Part shown: piece by piece, positions 24,221 to 37,671 of the stretch | How the letters are laid out: the number at the start of each line of letters is the position of its first letter | Numbering within the stretch: position 1 is the stretch's first letter | Source: Hypanus sabinus | Taxonomy: Eukaryota | DNA length: 64,000 nucleotides | Assembly: GCF_030144855.1 (NCBI RefSeq) | Contig: NC_082716.1 | Location: 53,382,001-53,446,000 of the forward strand | Direction of reading: 5' to 3' | Program-made: the position numbers and the translations under genes | The notes under the pieces: generated by a model | Databases searched by the model: none | What the model was told of the DNA's origin: nothing | Seen by the model: the letters and a program-made list of their open reading frames with translations, nothing else

Positions 24221-27200
24221 TTTGTAGTAGAATTGAAGAGATTGTTGAACATTTTCAGCTCCATCACAGGCTTAAAAATACACTGAGAAATTACGTAGTG
24301 TGTGGAAACCTACAACAAAGTATTCAGAAATGACTCCTAACTGAAGCACAACTCACTTTCAAAAGAGCAGCTGAAATCACAGTATCAATGGAAACAGCAG
24401 ACAATTACGTCACCAATTGATTTGCAGTTGGGAATGAAAGTGAACTTGAACACAGTTGCAATGCCAAAAACAGAAGACTACCTGACCAAACGAATTCTAT
24501 TACTGTGGTGGTTCATGTACACCTGACCAGTGCAGGTTTAAAGGTGAATCTTGCAGAAAATGCCACAAAGTAGGACACATTCAAACAGCATGTCAGACAA
24601 AGAAAAATAAATTGACTGCACGGAGAAGAGATAGAGATAAAAAATTAAGTTGAAGTTTGAAAAAGAGCATAAATCTGCATGCTGTTAATGAAAATTCTGG
24701 TAATGTTGAGAGCAATAAAGGACTGAGTAGCCTTAAGATTTAAAATGTGAAAGTTAACAAGACAAGCAATACACCAGAAGTGAACAGCAAGTTAATTAAA
24801 ATGGAATTGGACAAACATTGGCTTGGTTGCTTCAGTCATTCCACAAAATTAGTTTGTCTTTTCAAAAATACTGAAGTGAAGAACTTATACTAAAGAAAAG
24901 CTAACTCCTGTGGGAATGGCAAGAGTGCAATACAACAATCAACAAGCCATCTTGGGCTTGTCTGAGGTTAAACAGAAGGGCCAGCATTGTGAGTCCATGA
25001 CTAGCTGAGGCAACTACAACTTGATTGGAGATCCATCGACCATTTGCATGCCACATCCTGTGCAACAGAGTTAACTGAAAGTGAATGAAGAAAGGTACTG
25101 GACAATACCAAGGCAGTGTTCAAAGAAACCATTAGAAAACTCAAACATATCAAGCGTAAATTTGTGTTAAATTAAAATGTTCCGTTCAAATGTTACAAAG
25201 CATCATATTCCCTTACTGCTGCAGAAAAAAAATTCTGCACAGGTTGACAGACAGGCCTTGAGCCTGGTTTAGCCTGTGAAATATTTCAACCAGTACTTGT
25301 ATGGAGAGAGTTTACCATCATTATTGACCATTAACCACTAGTGTCCACTTTCAATCCATAGAAGGTTGTTTCACTATCATCAGTTGCATGAATGCAGAAA
25401 TGGGCTCAATTACAAGATCAAATTCAAGTGGACAACTAATCATGGAGATGCTAATAGACTGTTCTGTTTACCCTTAGAAAATGAAATACCTGAAAAATTT
25501 ACAAACGAGGACTCTCCTCTTGACATATTCTCCCTAATGCAAATCAAAAGTCTCCCTATTACAGAAGAGGGAAACCAGAAAAGACCACACACAGTCTCAT
25601 ATCTACATAGCAACTCAAAAGGGCTGGTATGTGCAGAGTGAGTGTGGGGATCCAAGCTGATAGCTAAAGCATATGTCAGTTATCTATGGATGATCAAGAT
25701 GAAAATGTTGGCTCAAAGCTATGTCTGGTGGCCTGGAACAGATCAGTAGATTGAGCAACATGCCATGCACTGTTCAGTATGCCAACACATCCAGAGGATG
25801 CCAAGAGCAGAGCCACTCATTCCCTGGGAATGACGTATTGCCCTGGCAGAGGATTCATGTGGATTTTGCCAGACCATTCATGAGCATAAATTTCTTAGTA
25901 GTAGCAGATGCAACTCCAAAGTGGCCAGAAGAATTCCCAAAAACCTTCTCTGCTGCCTCGCACACTGTTGACATGTTAAGAAGACTCTTCTCAGGGACTG
26001 GTGTTCCAGAACCCTTAGTCAGTAACAATGGATCACAGCTTGTTGTGGAACAGTTTCAGTCATTTCTGAAAATGCATGGAAAACAACAAATTACATCTAT
26101 AACATACCACCCAGCTACAAATGGTTTGGTGGGAAGATTTGTCCAGAGTTTAAAGAATGCACTGCCAGCAATGTCAGCAGAACACACTACACTGACACTC
26201 AATCAGAAGCTCACCTATTTCTTCTTTGCTTATTGCAATACAGCATACTCCACAACCAACAACTCACCAGTTATGCTGCTCCTGGGTTATCCTTTGTGCC
26301 TCCTGCTTGGATCTGCTCAAACCCAGTCTCAGAAGGAGTATGAAGGACTAACAGCCAAGCCAACCTGAGGGCTCATCAAACAAGGAGGCTCGATGTTTCA
26401 CTCCAGGTCAAGCAGTCCTGTTGTGATTCCTCACCAAGACTGAGTATTTGGAAAGATTAAAAACAGAACTGGACCACTCTCCTGCACAGTGGAGATTGTG
26501 TTTGATGTCATCTGGAGAAGAGACATTGATCATTTGAGGAGAGCTGACTCAACTGTTAGAGGAGAAAGGTATCCAGAGATGTCAGAACTACTTCTTGCAA
26601 CCTCAGAGTCAACTCCCATAACTATCACAGAGGAGGACCCAGAACCTAAGATTATTTCAGAGCCATGTCTCACCTGTCAAGCAGAATGACTTCCCTTTGT
26701 CGGGAGAGGATTATCCTACAAGAATAAGGGATTCTCCATAGCAATTAAATCTTTAGGGCTGAATTGGACAATCTTACATTTATAACACTTTGGATGTCTA
26801 TATAATAGTTGTATTATATAAGATACTGTCTATATATTTGAGATGTATTCGATATTGAGTTAGAGTTTATAGCTAAGCAGGGAGGTGTACTCTATATTTA
26901 ATATTTCAGTAATATTTGAGAAATATTGTAAATATATTGTTTGATTAAGTATTCCTAGTTGCTAACATAATGCATTAATAGTTATATTTAAAAGTATGTA
27001 AATAGCATGCATTATTATGCCACCACATCACACAGTAAGCGCGTGTCTCACCAAAGTAAAACAAAATAGACATGCATCTCTCGGCTCCTATGGTTTTCTT
27101 CTGATTACACTGGACAACAAAGATTTTGCTTTCTGAATGCTTTTGAGAGTATCCACAAGTAACTCAATTTTTGTTCAGTTTATCACATACTTTGGATCAG

Positions 27201-28199
27201 ATTGGTTTTCCCTTCTTTGAGAAGACAGCTTTACTACAAACCCACATAGGCTGCAGGAAATGCCGTACCCTTGTCAACCCTGCTTTATGCCTCCTCAAAA
27301 AATACAAGGTTTTAGTTTAATGCGGTTATTGGGGCGAGCATTGAGTTAGACTGGATGTCATGATAAATAGTTATGTTTCCTGCAGTCTTACAGGTGTTCA
27401 TTTAGCTAGATTTTATTAAAATGGCCAATTTAACTTAATTGTAGTAAACATGTACAAATGTAATTTATGTAGTAACCTCCTTGAAAATAATTATTTTCAG
27501 TACTACTGCCTTCTTTTGAATAATTTTCTTGCTTTTTTATGTAAAATCATGTCATACTTTGTGTGAATCCTGGACTAAAGAAGTCTTTGTTTTATTCCTT
27601 GCTGTGTGTTAACAGATATCATACATAAAAGGAATGCAAAAGGATCTTGCCTTTGCAGTAAATGGCTCTTACTGAGGTGTTTTTGTTCAAATATAATAAC
27701 ACTGAATTCCTGAATTTGCTTTCCAGCAGAGCCTAGTGCTTCAGAAACAAATTTTGGAAATATGGCCATAGAAATTACCACTTCCCACTGGCTGGTGTGT
27801 GTATGTATGTGTGTGTGTTTGTGTGTGTTTTCAATATGTTTCTTTTTATGGGACTTCCTTCCACTAATAATTCCTTTACAGCTTGAATGGAGTTTACATT
27901 AAAAGTATAAAATTATGCTTCCTGTTTTAGGGCATAACTTGCCACATCACATCCCAAAATTGCACCTGCACTCAACAAAATATGAAATTAAGTCCAATTA
28001 ATCTAATGAACTAGACAGCCTTTTGTAATCACTTTTGAATATAATTCCTTCTGAAAACTACTGTCAGTAATTACCCCTCAACAATCCAGGCATGAATGCT
28101 CAGTCCTGAAGTGAAATACTTTTTCAAGCTGGTTACACTGATGGAAAATCCACTAATTATAGTTAAATGGACAGGAACATCACATGACACACCTGTACC

Positions 28200-28668
28200 A
28201 CCATTGAGTGCATCCACACGGAGCTCTGTCGCAGAAAAGCAGCATCCATCTTCAAGGACCCCCACCCTTCAGGCCGTGCTCTCTTTTCACTGCTGTCATC
28301 AACACATAAACTGCCAGGTTCGGGAACACTTTTTAATCCTCAGCTATCAGATTCTTGGACCAGAGGGGATAACTTCACTCAACTTCATTGCCACATTATT
28401 GAACTGTTCACACAGCCTTTGGATTCACTTTCAAGGACTCTTCATCTCTTGTTCCCAATATCTTTTGCTCATTTATTTATTTTTTTTTTGTATTTGCACT
28501 GCTTGTTGTCATTTGCACATTGTTTGTCCATCCCACTGGGTGCAGTCTTTCATTGATACTATTATGTTGCTTATATTTACTGTGAATGCCTGTAAAAAAA
28601 TGAATCTCAGGGCTGAATATGGTGACATATATGTACTTAGATAATAAATTTCCTTTAAACTTTCAACA
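28200..28668 (+). mobile_element. Rex1-like LINE 3' fragment
   Basis: KAASIFKDPHPSGRALFSLL-type remnant and a 3' tail shared with 2494-2640 and 7690-7810. Confidence 0.75.
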
Positions 28669-29899
28669 TTAAGCAACTACTGAATTGCCTGCCTGATACC
28701 AATTCATCGGAGAAAGTTCCTTGAATTACTTGACCAGACAGAATTAGGAGGGTGGGGAGGAAAGAGATTCATATTCAGTTTCAGATTTATTCACGACATG
28801 TACACATATTTTTATAAGTTAGCTATTAAAATGCCTTGGAAGGTAATCAGTTGACTAAGTGTGGACAACTTGTGGTTGGATCAGAAAGAGTTTTGACATA
28901 AAAATATTTGCAATTTCCCATATTTCAGCATGTGACTTCATCTGTGATAAACACGGGGAGATTTCAAAATAAATGGGATAATTCCAGCAGTCTCATTATT
29001 ACTGAATATTATTGCTAAGTGCCAGGAAAGTGCCAGTTTAATTGATTATATTAAGTACAAACCAATAGAAAATGACTGATTAGCCATGTTACTTCATGCT
29101 ACATTCAAATATTCTACACAATGTATTGCTACCTTACTGAGAGCAGAAGATTGCAGAAAGTATGGGACATACCAGACCAGATCAATCTTCAACAACTCAA
29201 TCTGTCAAGCTCCTGAGGCTAGACGCCTTGTTACTGATGAATGCTGTACGGGAATATAGAGACCTGAGGCTCCACGTACCATAACCCAAATTCATGATCC
29301 TCTCAAGGTAGTGGAGAATGAGACTGAGAAATCCTTATTGCAAGGCTTCAATAAACTTTGCTGCTCAGCCAGTTCTTGCTCATTCATCATAGAGCATGTA
29401 GTATTGTTATTGGTATTAGATTATTATTGCAATGCCTACCAAGATACAGAAAGATTTTGTTAGCATGTCATCCAGGCAGATCACACTATGCTTTAAGTAT
29501 GCACAGTACATCAAGGTAGTAGAAAAATGGAATGCAGCTACAGAGAAATTGCAGTACAAATGAACAAATAGAGTGCAAGGAAAGTACAAATAAACTATGA
29601 TACAATACTCATTGAGAGGTGGAAGTCAGTGGTTAGATCAGAGGACAGAGGTCTATCTGAGAATGTTTAATTGACATGGAGTTTGAAAATCTAAATCCTT
29701 CTTGTGGTTAGACTCTGGAGGTACTGCATCACACTCCTCATCAGACACCAATACTAATCAACTAGCTATTATTTTATCTTCCCAACAAGGCAGATCATTA
29801 GGTTGAATGGGACAAAAGAAAGCAAGCCTTCATGAAGAAAAATTGCTTGGATAGTCATGCTTCTCATTTTATTAGCTATTCTCCTACAACAGACACAGT

Positions 29900-30570
29900 T
29901 ACTTTGCAGATTCAATAAGGGTGGGGAAGGCAAATAAGATTCTTGTCCTTATGTTGAGAGGGATGGAGCATAAAACTAGGGAAGCATTGTTGCTACTGTG
30001 CAGACAGACAACATCTGCATGAGGTACTACATACAGTTCTGTTCTCTTTGTTTAAGGAAGTGCATCAAGTGCAGCGAAGGTTCATTTGATTGTTTTCTGT
30101 CTGGGAAAAGATTGAGAACATCTGTCTTTTACTGTTTGCTGTTTAGAGGAATGAAAGGTGATCTAATTGAAATACATATGATTTTGAAGGGGCTTAACAG
30201 GATTGGGAGTGAGGGGAAGTGGGATGCTGTGAGGGCTTTAACCTTGGTAAGGGATTGTAGTGCTAGGGAACATAGTCTCTGGATAAAGCAAAAGGTAACA
30301 TCAAGATGATGAGGGATTTCTTTGCTGAGAAGGTTGCAAATTTTTGAACTCCTCTTTCACAGCAAACTCTGGACCCAGAGTCAATAATTATATGTGAGTT
30401 TACTTCCTTTAAGCATCTATTTTACAGCCAAGGGAAAGACTAGGATTATGGTGATCAGGCAGGAGAGTGGAGCTGAGTCCAAGATCATGTCAACTATCAT
30501 CTTAGTAGATTGTAGAGCAGGCTCAAAGGTTTACATGCCTCACTCCTGTCCCTATTTTTATTTTATTATT
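29900..30570 (+). mobile_element. Old CR1 3' fragment
   Basis: FRGMKGDLIEIHMILKGLNR remnant. Confidence 0.7.
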
Positions 30571-31667
30571 AAGACCATAAGAATAGGTTCGCAAATCTGA
30601 CAAAAATCATTGCAATTTTACCTTTAGTGGGGATAATCTATACAGAGGCTACTTGCTGGATTAATTCATAGGATGTTTGAAGTTTATGTATACCATCTGA
30701 AACGATACTCATTATTAAAATAAATATCTTTCTACAGTCAGAAAAGAGGTTGTGAAAATACTCTCATCTTTGGAGATTGATGTAAAATTATGACTGTAAA
30801 AACTTTATTAAGGCAAAGGTAATCATCATTTGACAACATTTGGCCCTGTTTGATCCTTACCAGATATCCAATTCTACCAACTATTCTGCTCCTTTCCAAT
30901 AGACTTAAAAAGTTTTCCCCTTTAGATTTTATTTTATTTCTCTTTGAAAACTGATATTGAAATGGTTTCCATTATCCTTTAACATAGTCAATTCCAGATC
31001 ACAGCACTGTGTTAAACAGCATTTCCTCATGTTCTTTCAGTTCTTGTTAGGACAAAAAATATAGAATTAAGGCAGATAAATGAAGTCAGTGTACAAATCA
31101 ATCCTTATTTATTAGAATGGGAGACCATGCTTGCATGTTCAGTTGTCCACTCTTGTTCTTCTATTTCTTTATAGTCACATATGCTAGGCTACAGGTTGGT
31201 GTATGTAAATGGAAATATTGGATTATACTTCAGGAGAAATAAGTTAGCATTTTCTAAAACAACATAGTACTGTAACACCCATAGAAAAAGGAGGGATTAA
31301 CGGGTGAGCAATTTATTAGCCTTTTCTTTATTTTACATTACAAAGTAAGAAAACAAACTTTTAATTATGACATCAAATCAAAGCTTTGTTAGTTTTCTCA
31401 AAAAAATATAAAAGATTACATGTCATTATTTGAAGAAGAGAAAGAGAGCTATTCCTATTGCCCTGGACACTAAAAATTATTAGGACAGATAATCTGGTCA
31501 GTAAGATGTTGGACCTTGTTGTGCCCATTTTGTTTGATAATTCCTCCATGACAATAGCAAATGCACTCAAAACGTTACACCTTATGCTACAAAGACCATG
31601 AAAATGCAACGGAATGTTAGTTCACTCTCTGTTTATCAACATTGATTTGGAACAGATCAGTACAGAC

Positions 31668-32005
31668 AACAAGGTAGCATAGAGGTTAGTGCAACCTCTT
31701 TGCAGTGCCAGCAATCATTGTTCAGGGATTAATCCCTGCTTCTGCTTGTAAGGGGTTTGTACATTCTCTCTATGACCGTGTGAGTTTCCTCCCAGTGTTC
31801 TGGTTTGCTTGCAGGTTCCAAAGACGTACGGTTAGGGCAAGGGTTAGTAAGTTCTGGCCCTGTTACTTTGGCATCAGGAGCGTGACACACTTGCGGACTG
31901 CCCCAGCACAATCCTCACTGATTTGATTTGGTGCAAATCAACAGAATTCACTGTATATTTTGATGTTTCGATGTACATGTGACAAACAAAGTCAGTCTTT
32001 AACAT
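31668..32005 (+). mobile_element. V-domain tRNA SINE (HE1-like)
   Basis: tRNA-like head ggtagcatagaggttagtgc; V-core gtttgtacattctc...gtttcctcccagtgttctggttt..ccaaagacgt. Confidence 0.75.
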
Positions 32006-32456
32006 TTAGAGATATCTGCTTCCATCGTTAACATTTACCAAATGAGGGGATTGATTTGTCAAATAACATAGAATAGCAGACTCATATGGCATGGAAACAG
32101 CCTCTTTGGCCATTGATTCTACATTGACCATTGACGATTTTCTAAGACTCTTCTCTGCAGGCACTTCATTAATTTTTGAATGGACACTTTTGTAACACAA
32201 AGTGGTGCAGCATGCAGTTTGTCCAGAGCAATGTCCAACAAGTGGCATGACCAATTGTTCTCATCCTTAGTGATGTGGTTAACTTTCAGTTTTCGGTAAA
32301 TGTTTGCAAATGTTCCAATGGGCTGATGTTCCATGTGAAGAACCTTCAACAGTTCACCGTGCCATCTATGCTGAAAAGTTTTGGGCAAGGTACATTTTGA
32401 AGTCTCTAGATTGAAGTGTTAGAATTGAAGCTGATAATTTAAACCAAATTAAGTTT

Positions 32457-32745
32457 CGGTGCAATGGTAGCATAGGGGTTAGCGTGATGTCATTGCAGCT
32501 CAGGTCATTCTGGAGTTCAGAGTTCAATTCAGGTGCCCTTGGGTAAGGAGTCTTTTTACATCCTCCCTGTGGAATGCATGGATTTTCTCCAAGTGCTCTG
32601 GTTTCCTCCCACAGTCCAAAGATGTACTGGTCATTGTAAATTGTCCCATGGTTAGGTTAGCGTTATCGGGGTTGTGGGATTATAAAGGATCGATGGACCA
32701 GAAGGGCCTACTCTGCTTTGTATCACTAAATATATAAATAAGCTT
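32457..32745 (+). mobile_element. V-domain tRNA SINE (HE1-like)
   Basis: ggtagcataggggttagcg head; gtgctctggtttcctcccacagtccaaaga core; CR1-like tail gaagggcctactctgctttgtatcactaaa. Confidence 0.75.
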
Positions 32746-33229
32746 AACAATAAAAGAGTCTGTTATCTGAATAGACAGAACGCGAGGGTGGAAATCATGT
32801 TTTGGTCAATTGTATTGTACATATATGTGCAGAACTGTTTCTGCTTTGTGTGGACAACCTCATAAAAAAACATTTGTTTCAATCACAGCCTGCCATTAAC
32901 ATTTTCTGTCTATTTTGTGACTCAGCATTCCAGCTTCAGGCTCTGACTCACTGCTTCATCTCCTGGTGTTAACGCCCAGGCCTCCACCTCCACTAACATC
33001 ATTGTACTCAGTTAAATATATGCAAATATTGAAAATGTGAATCAGAAAGCAAAGTAGGAAAACTCTCTCTCTGTTCACAGAAGAGACATGTTAATTTTGT
33101 GAATGTAGGTTATAAATGGAGGGAACAAAACAGAGTTGAAGACCATAGCATCTGCGTTCAACACTCATGCTACCTGCAATCTTCCTGTTAGTTTAGTCAG
33201 TTCTGGGACTCTACTTAGGTCAATGTAGG

Positions 33230-33500
33230 AACTTCTGAAGATGCAGCAGGAGCAGTGGACACATGGTGTTTGTGAGGTGGCACACTTCTTCTACCTCTTG
33301 CACAAGGCTCCCAAAACTCAAGACTTCCAAAGATTATTTTGCACTTCAACTGGTTATATGTTAGAGGTTCCCTGGAGCAGTTGGAATGTTGTATTTTTTT
33401 GAGACAGGCTTTGAGGTCATCATTGAATTCTTTTCTCTGTCCACCTGGTAATCTCTTTGCATCATAGAGCTTGGAACAGAGCGTCTTTGGCAGGAATGAT
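33230..33500 (-). mobile_element. Old RTE fragment
   Basis: Minus strand translates LPKTLCSKLYDAKRLPGGQRKEFNDDLKACLKK (RTE GGQxKRxKD motif). Confidence 0.65.
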
Positions 33501-33783
33501 ACCCACTATTGGCCTGAAAGGTAAAGGGAAATCTCACTTCAAGCTAAGGGTATTGGTCACTTCAGACTAAAATAATGAGAAAAGAATTTGAGAAAGAGGT
33601 TTGTAAATCTGCAGAATTTACTCTAGCGATCCTGCTGAAGATATTTGAAATCAATAGATTTTTAAATACAAAGGCAATCAAGTGATGTCAAAGTGGAATG
33701 TGGTGGAAGTTCATCCAGGATTCTATCGAACAGCCAAACAGGTCTGAAGGGATGTATGACCTTTTTCTGTGTGAATTACTTAC

Positions 33784-33827
33784 ACTCCAGGTGGAATACT
33801 TGGATGCTATGATTGGATTTAAATTCA
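33784..33827 (-). other. Candidate 44-nt (or 48-nt) exon
   Basis: Minus strand long pyrimidine tract ...tctttcttctttggagttAG|TGAATTTAAA...CCTGGAGT|GTAAGTa. Confidence 0.3.
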
Positions 33828-34902
33828 CTAACTCCAAAGAAGAAAGACATTATGAATAGAAAAGAGGATAAAATAGGAAAACATTCTAAAAAATTCATGC
33901 AATTATATCTCAGAGAAACTAATCGTATATTGTGATTGGCATCCCATTTGACACCTTAAGCTAACCTTCTTGTTCCAAAGCTGGCTTAAAGCTGGACTTG
34001 TTCTGTTTTTCATTTTATTTTGAAAGCTGCTTTAAAGGTTATCCTCAAAATTTTACTTTCATTCAATAAAACCTACATTTGAACATAAATATGTTCCATT
34101 TCCATTTCACAAAATATCAAATGCTTGCCATGTTTTATTTCTCAGTGCTTGACATTTACCAAAAGCTATCTTGCTGCTTTGGAGGAAAAATCCCGCACAA
34201 CAGGGTGGATGTCACTTGGAGCCAACCTGTCAGTTATAAGCTGCTGCCAAGAAAACACTTTTTAAAAAATGAAAATCCAGAAATGTCAGCCACCCCTTTA
34301 ATTAACGAGCAAGCAAACTTGTTGGATCAGTATAATTTTTGAATGTAGTTTCTGGAATTGTTTTACCAAGTAAAATATGGAATAATAGAACAAAGGAATT
34401 TTACAGCATAAATGGAGGAAGTTATCCATCACATCTGTGTCTAAAACTGACCTAATATCCTCATTCAATTGATCAAACTATAAGAAGAAATAATGTAAAA
34501 TCCTAATTATTGTGAGTGTAGTATAATGCTTCCAACCTATGTGACCAACTGCCTTTGGGTACTCTGTAATTTATGAATGTTCAATTCACATATTTTTACC
34601 ATAATTCATTTGACTCCATGAGGAAAATGTTGGTGATTTACAAAGCTATTTTTCACAGAAATGCAGAACAACTCTTAACAATAAGTTATGCCAAAATTCC
34701 TATCTTGGTCAGGTTTTTGATTTCAAAATTTCATGCAACAAAACACATTCCTTTCTTTAAATAGAGGAAATTGCTATTTTATAATTTTATAATTTTTGAA
34801 TAACTCTACACCCATAAAATGTTGCTGTTCCAAATACAACAATGTTATATATCAAAACAATATATGTTAACTACACCATTGTATGTCAATACAATATATG
34901 CT

Positions 34903-35384
34903 TGTCAGTACCTCCAGTTGAACTTTGTCTTTTTGTATGTTTGCCCCCAGCTGTCAGTCTGTGGTTTTGTATTGCCATGTGCTCCTGTTCTACTCCTGCC
35001 CCTGTATTACTGAGTACTCCATCTCTCACCTGTTTCTCATTATTACCTGTATTGCTGCCACCTGTGTCTCATTGTGCTCCACCTATCATCTACCTCTCTG
35101 TTTATTGGTCAGTGTATTTCAGTCCTGTGTTTTCACCTGTCTGTTGTCAGATTGTGCCAGTGAATTTTCCTGAGCTTTTCCAACATTTGTATCTGTATAT
35201 TGTTTGTCTGAATATCGACTCTGCCTGTTTCCCAATTCTGGTTTTTGGATTTCTCTGGATGTGTTGATCTCTGCCTGATCTTTGACCCTGACTTTGTTTG
35301 CACCTCAGGATTTCTTACTCGATTAATATCACTGTGTACACAGTACTGGGTCTGCGATTGGAACCCTGCTCCAGCATCCTGACA
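34903..35384 (+). mobile_element. Solo LTR (Gypsy-type)
   Basis: TGTCA...TGACA termini; 5-bp TSD atgct/gtgct (1 mismatch); pyrimidine-rich cacctg-repeat interior. Confidence 0.75.
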
Positions 35385-36558
35385 GTGCTAAATCTTGCTG
35401 CCCTGAGTTTATCACAAAAGTTATTTGGAGCTGGTCTATTGGATGCCTTGAGGGACAGGTTAGTGTGTGGCATACACTGTGAAACCACACAGAAGAAGCT
35501 CCTGTGTGAAAAAGACCTTACTTTAGAGAAGGCGGTGAACATTGCAATATCATTGGAAATAGAAGCATGGGATGCTTCAGAGATACAACAAGAATCTCTG
35601 GAATTTGCTACAAATAAAATGTCGCTGAACAGAAATGAAGGAAAGAAATGTTACTGTTGTGGGAACATGTCACATGACCCTGAGGACTGTTGGTTTAAAG
35701 ACAAAGAATGCAGAATCTGTGGCAAACAGGGCCACATTGGCAGAGTATGCAAAGCTAGTAAACAGCAGAAATAGGACAAAATACAGAGAAACAAGAAACC
35801 CCAGAAAGGAAAATACAACAATGTACACAAAATGAAAGAAAGCAGTTCTGATGAAAACGACTCAGACAAAAGTGAATTGTCTTGTCTGCAACCCCACAGC
35901 GTGAAAGAAACAGATCACTCCACAAGTGGCAGGCTTGAGACTGAAAATAAAGTTGGACACAGGCTCAGCGTTAACAGTGATCTCTGCACATGAATACAAA
36001 CAACTGTTTTCTCACATAACTCTGAAACGAACTAAACTACTGCTAAAGACTTATACAGAACAGAGAGTGCATCCCAAATGTAAAAATAAAGTAACAGTGA
36101 CCTACAGAGACAAACCACAGCAGCTGAACCTCTACGTCCTTAAAAATGGAGGACCACCGTTGCTGGGATGTGAATGGCTCAGGAAAATCCAGTTGATTTG
36201 GCACAACATCAAGGCACTAGATGTGTCAGCAAAGGAGGGCAGCAAGGCTACATCTGAGAGACTGTCACAAACACTTGCTGACTCAGTTCATGAAAGGAAA
36301 GATTGAGATTGAGGAAAATGCATGTCCAAAATTTTACAAAGCCAGACCAGTGCCATATGCAATCTGTCCTACAGTAGAGGCTGAGCTGAAAAATCTGGAG
36401 CAGACTGCGGTCCTGTCAAAGGTAGATTAGAGTGAATGGGCCATGCCTATTGTTCCAGTGACAAAGAAAACCTCCAGTACAAAACCAGGAAATCCAAGCA
36501 AGGTGTGCATATGTGGAGGCTTTAAGGTGACTGTTAACCCAGTTCTCCGTACAGTACA

Positions 36559-36709
36559 AACACGAGGAAATCTGCAGATGCTGGAAATTCAAACAACACA
36601 CACAAAATGCTGGTGGAACACAGCAGGCCAGGCAGCTGTCGAGAAGAAGCTGTCGACGTTTCGGGCTGAGACCCTTCGTCAGGACGAAGGGGTTGTGTGT
36701 TTTCTTTGC
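36559..36709 (-). mobile_element. Solo Penelope pLTR insertion with intact hammerhead core (36652-36685)
   Basis: Homologous to 7462-7595; TSD acagtaca at 36551-58 and 36710-17; minus strand gtcCTGACGAagggtctcagcccGAAAcGTCgac. Confidence 0.88.
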
Positions 36710-37035
36710 ACAGTACAGTATCTTCTACCTTGTATTGAGGACATCTTTGCTTCCCTGTCAGGAGGGAAACATTTCACAAAAATCGATTTGGCCCAGGCTT
36801 ATCTCCAAATGGAAATCGATGAAGCATCCAAGAAATACCTGACAATAAATACACACAAAGGACTTTATCAGTACAACGGGTTGGTGTTTGGGATAGCAGC
36901 AGCTCCTGCAATCTGGCAAAGGGCAATGGATCAGGTTCTGCAGGGGATTCCAGGGCCTCAGTGTTACCTGGGTGACATCATTGTCACTGGCAAAGATGAT
37001 GATGAACATCTTTCAAACCTTGAACAAGTGCTCAA

Positions 37036-37671
37036 TGATGGAGTAAAGGGATAGGTAAATAGGGGTATTGATTTAAAGAGATTAAAAGACAATGATTAGC
37101 TAATGATCAATAATCTTATAGGGACCTTATGCTGGTTGCAGTACAGCCAAAAAGGGAACCTTACCCAGCAACAAGTGATATACCAGACATTGTTCCCTAA
37201 TAGTGTTAGACATAGGTCTAACTAAAGAATTGTCTGGTCGCATAAAGCATTTTTAGGTATAACATAATTAAATAGGGGAAGGATGGTGTAAGGGAGGGAG
37301 GGGTAGAACGTTCGAGAGCAGGGGCAGGTGTCAACAAGAGGAACTGAGGTTGTATCCATGTTAGCCTTGGCAGAAATAATTATAACTAACAAATAATGAT
37401 TTTACATCCAATTGTGTATTAACATGTGATCAAAACTATTCTAAAATTGCCTTAACTCGCGTTATTGTAAGATTTCCTGTGATTAATGATATAAATAGTA
37501 CAGGACTGTAAGTCCAAGCGGAATGCTCAGACTATTTCCTTGATCAGTCTGTAATTTCCCCATAGCGTGCTATGAATAAAAAGTGAAGTTTAACAAAGTA
37601 TCGCTTGTTTTATGGTTTTATTGAATTTGTGGTGCCTTGTGTTATTGCATCGGGTCGATCCGCCTTTGACA
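37036..37671 (+). mobile_element. Solo LTR (636 bp) of a different family inserted in Gypsy RT
   Basis: TG...CA; 5-bp TSD ctcaa/ctcac; RT reads EQVL|TRL across it; TATA-like at about 37490 and AATAAA at about 37576. Confidence 0.82.

Larger units (their letters stand above)
21555..27107 (+). mobile_element. Degenerate Gypsy provirus with two LTRs and two nested DNA transposons
   Basis: LTRs about 21555-21800 and about 26886-27107 (shared tatttaatatttcagtaatatttgag start); PPT before 26886; gag 23290-24600 with CCHC knuckle; integrase 25800-26350 (PWQRIHVDFARPF..YHPATNGLVGRFVQSLK); most of RT is missing. Confidence 0.88.

Noticed and set aside
27727-27794. Plus-strand 68-nt exon candidate (EPSASETNFGNMAIEITTSHWL)
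   Set aside because: The donor is GTGTGT from a microsatellite and no homology is recognised
34079-34342. 87-aa ORF or terminal-exon candidate from 34146
   Set aside because: No recognisable domain and no consistent upstream exon; within chance expectation
34903-35384. 5' LTR of the adjacent Gypsy provirus
   Set aside because: It does not match the 3' LTR at 42148, has its own TSD, and no PBS follows
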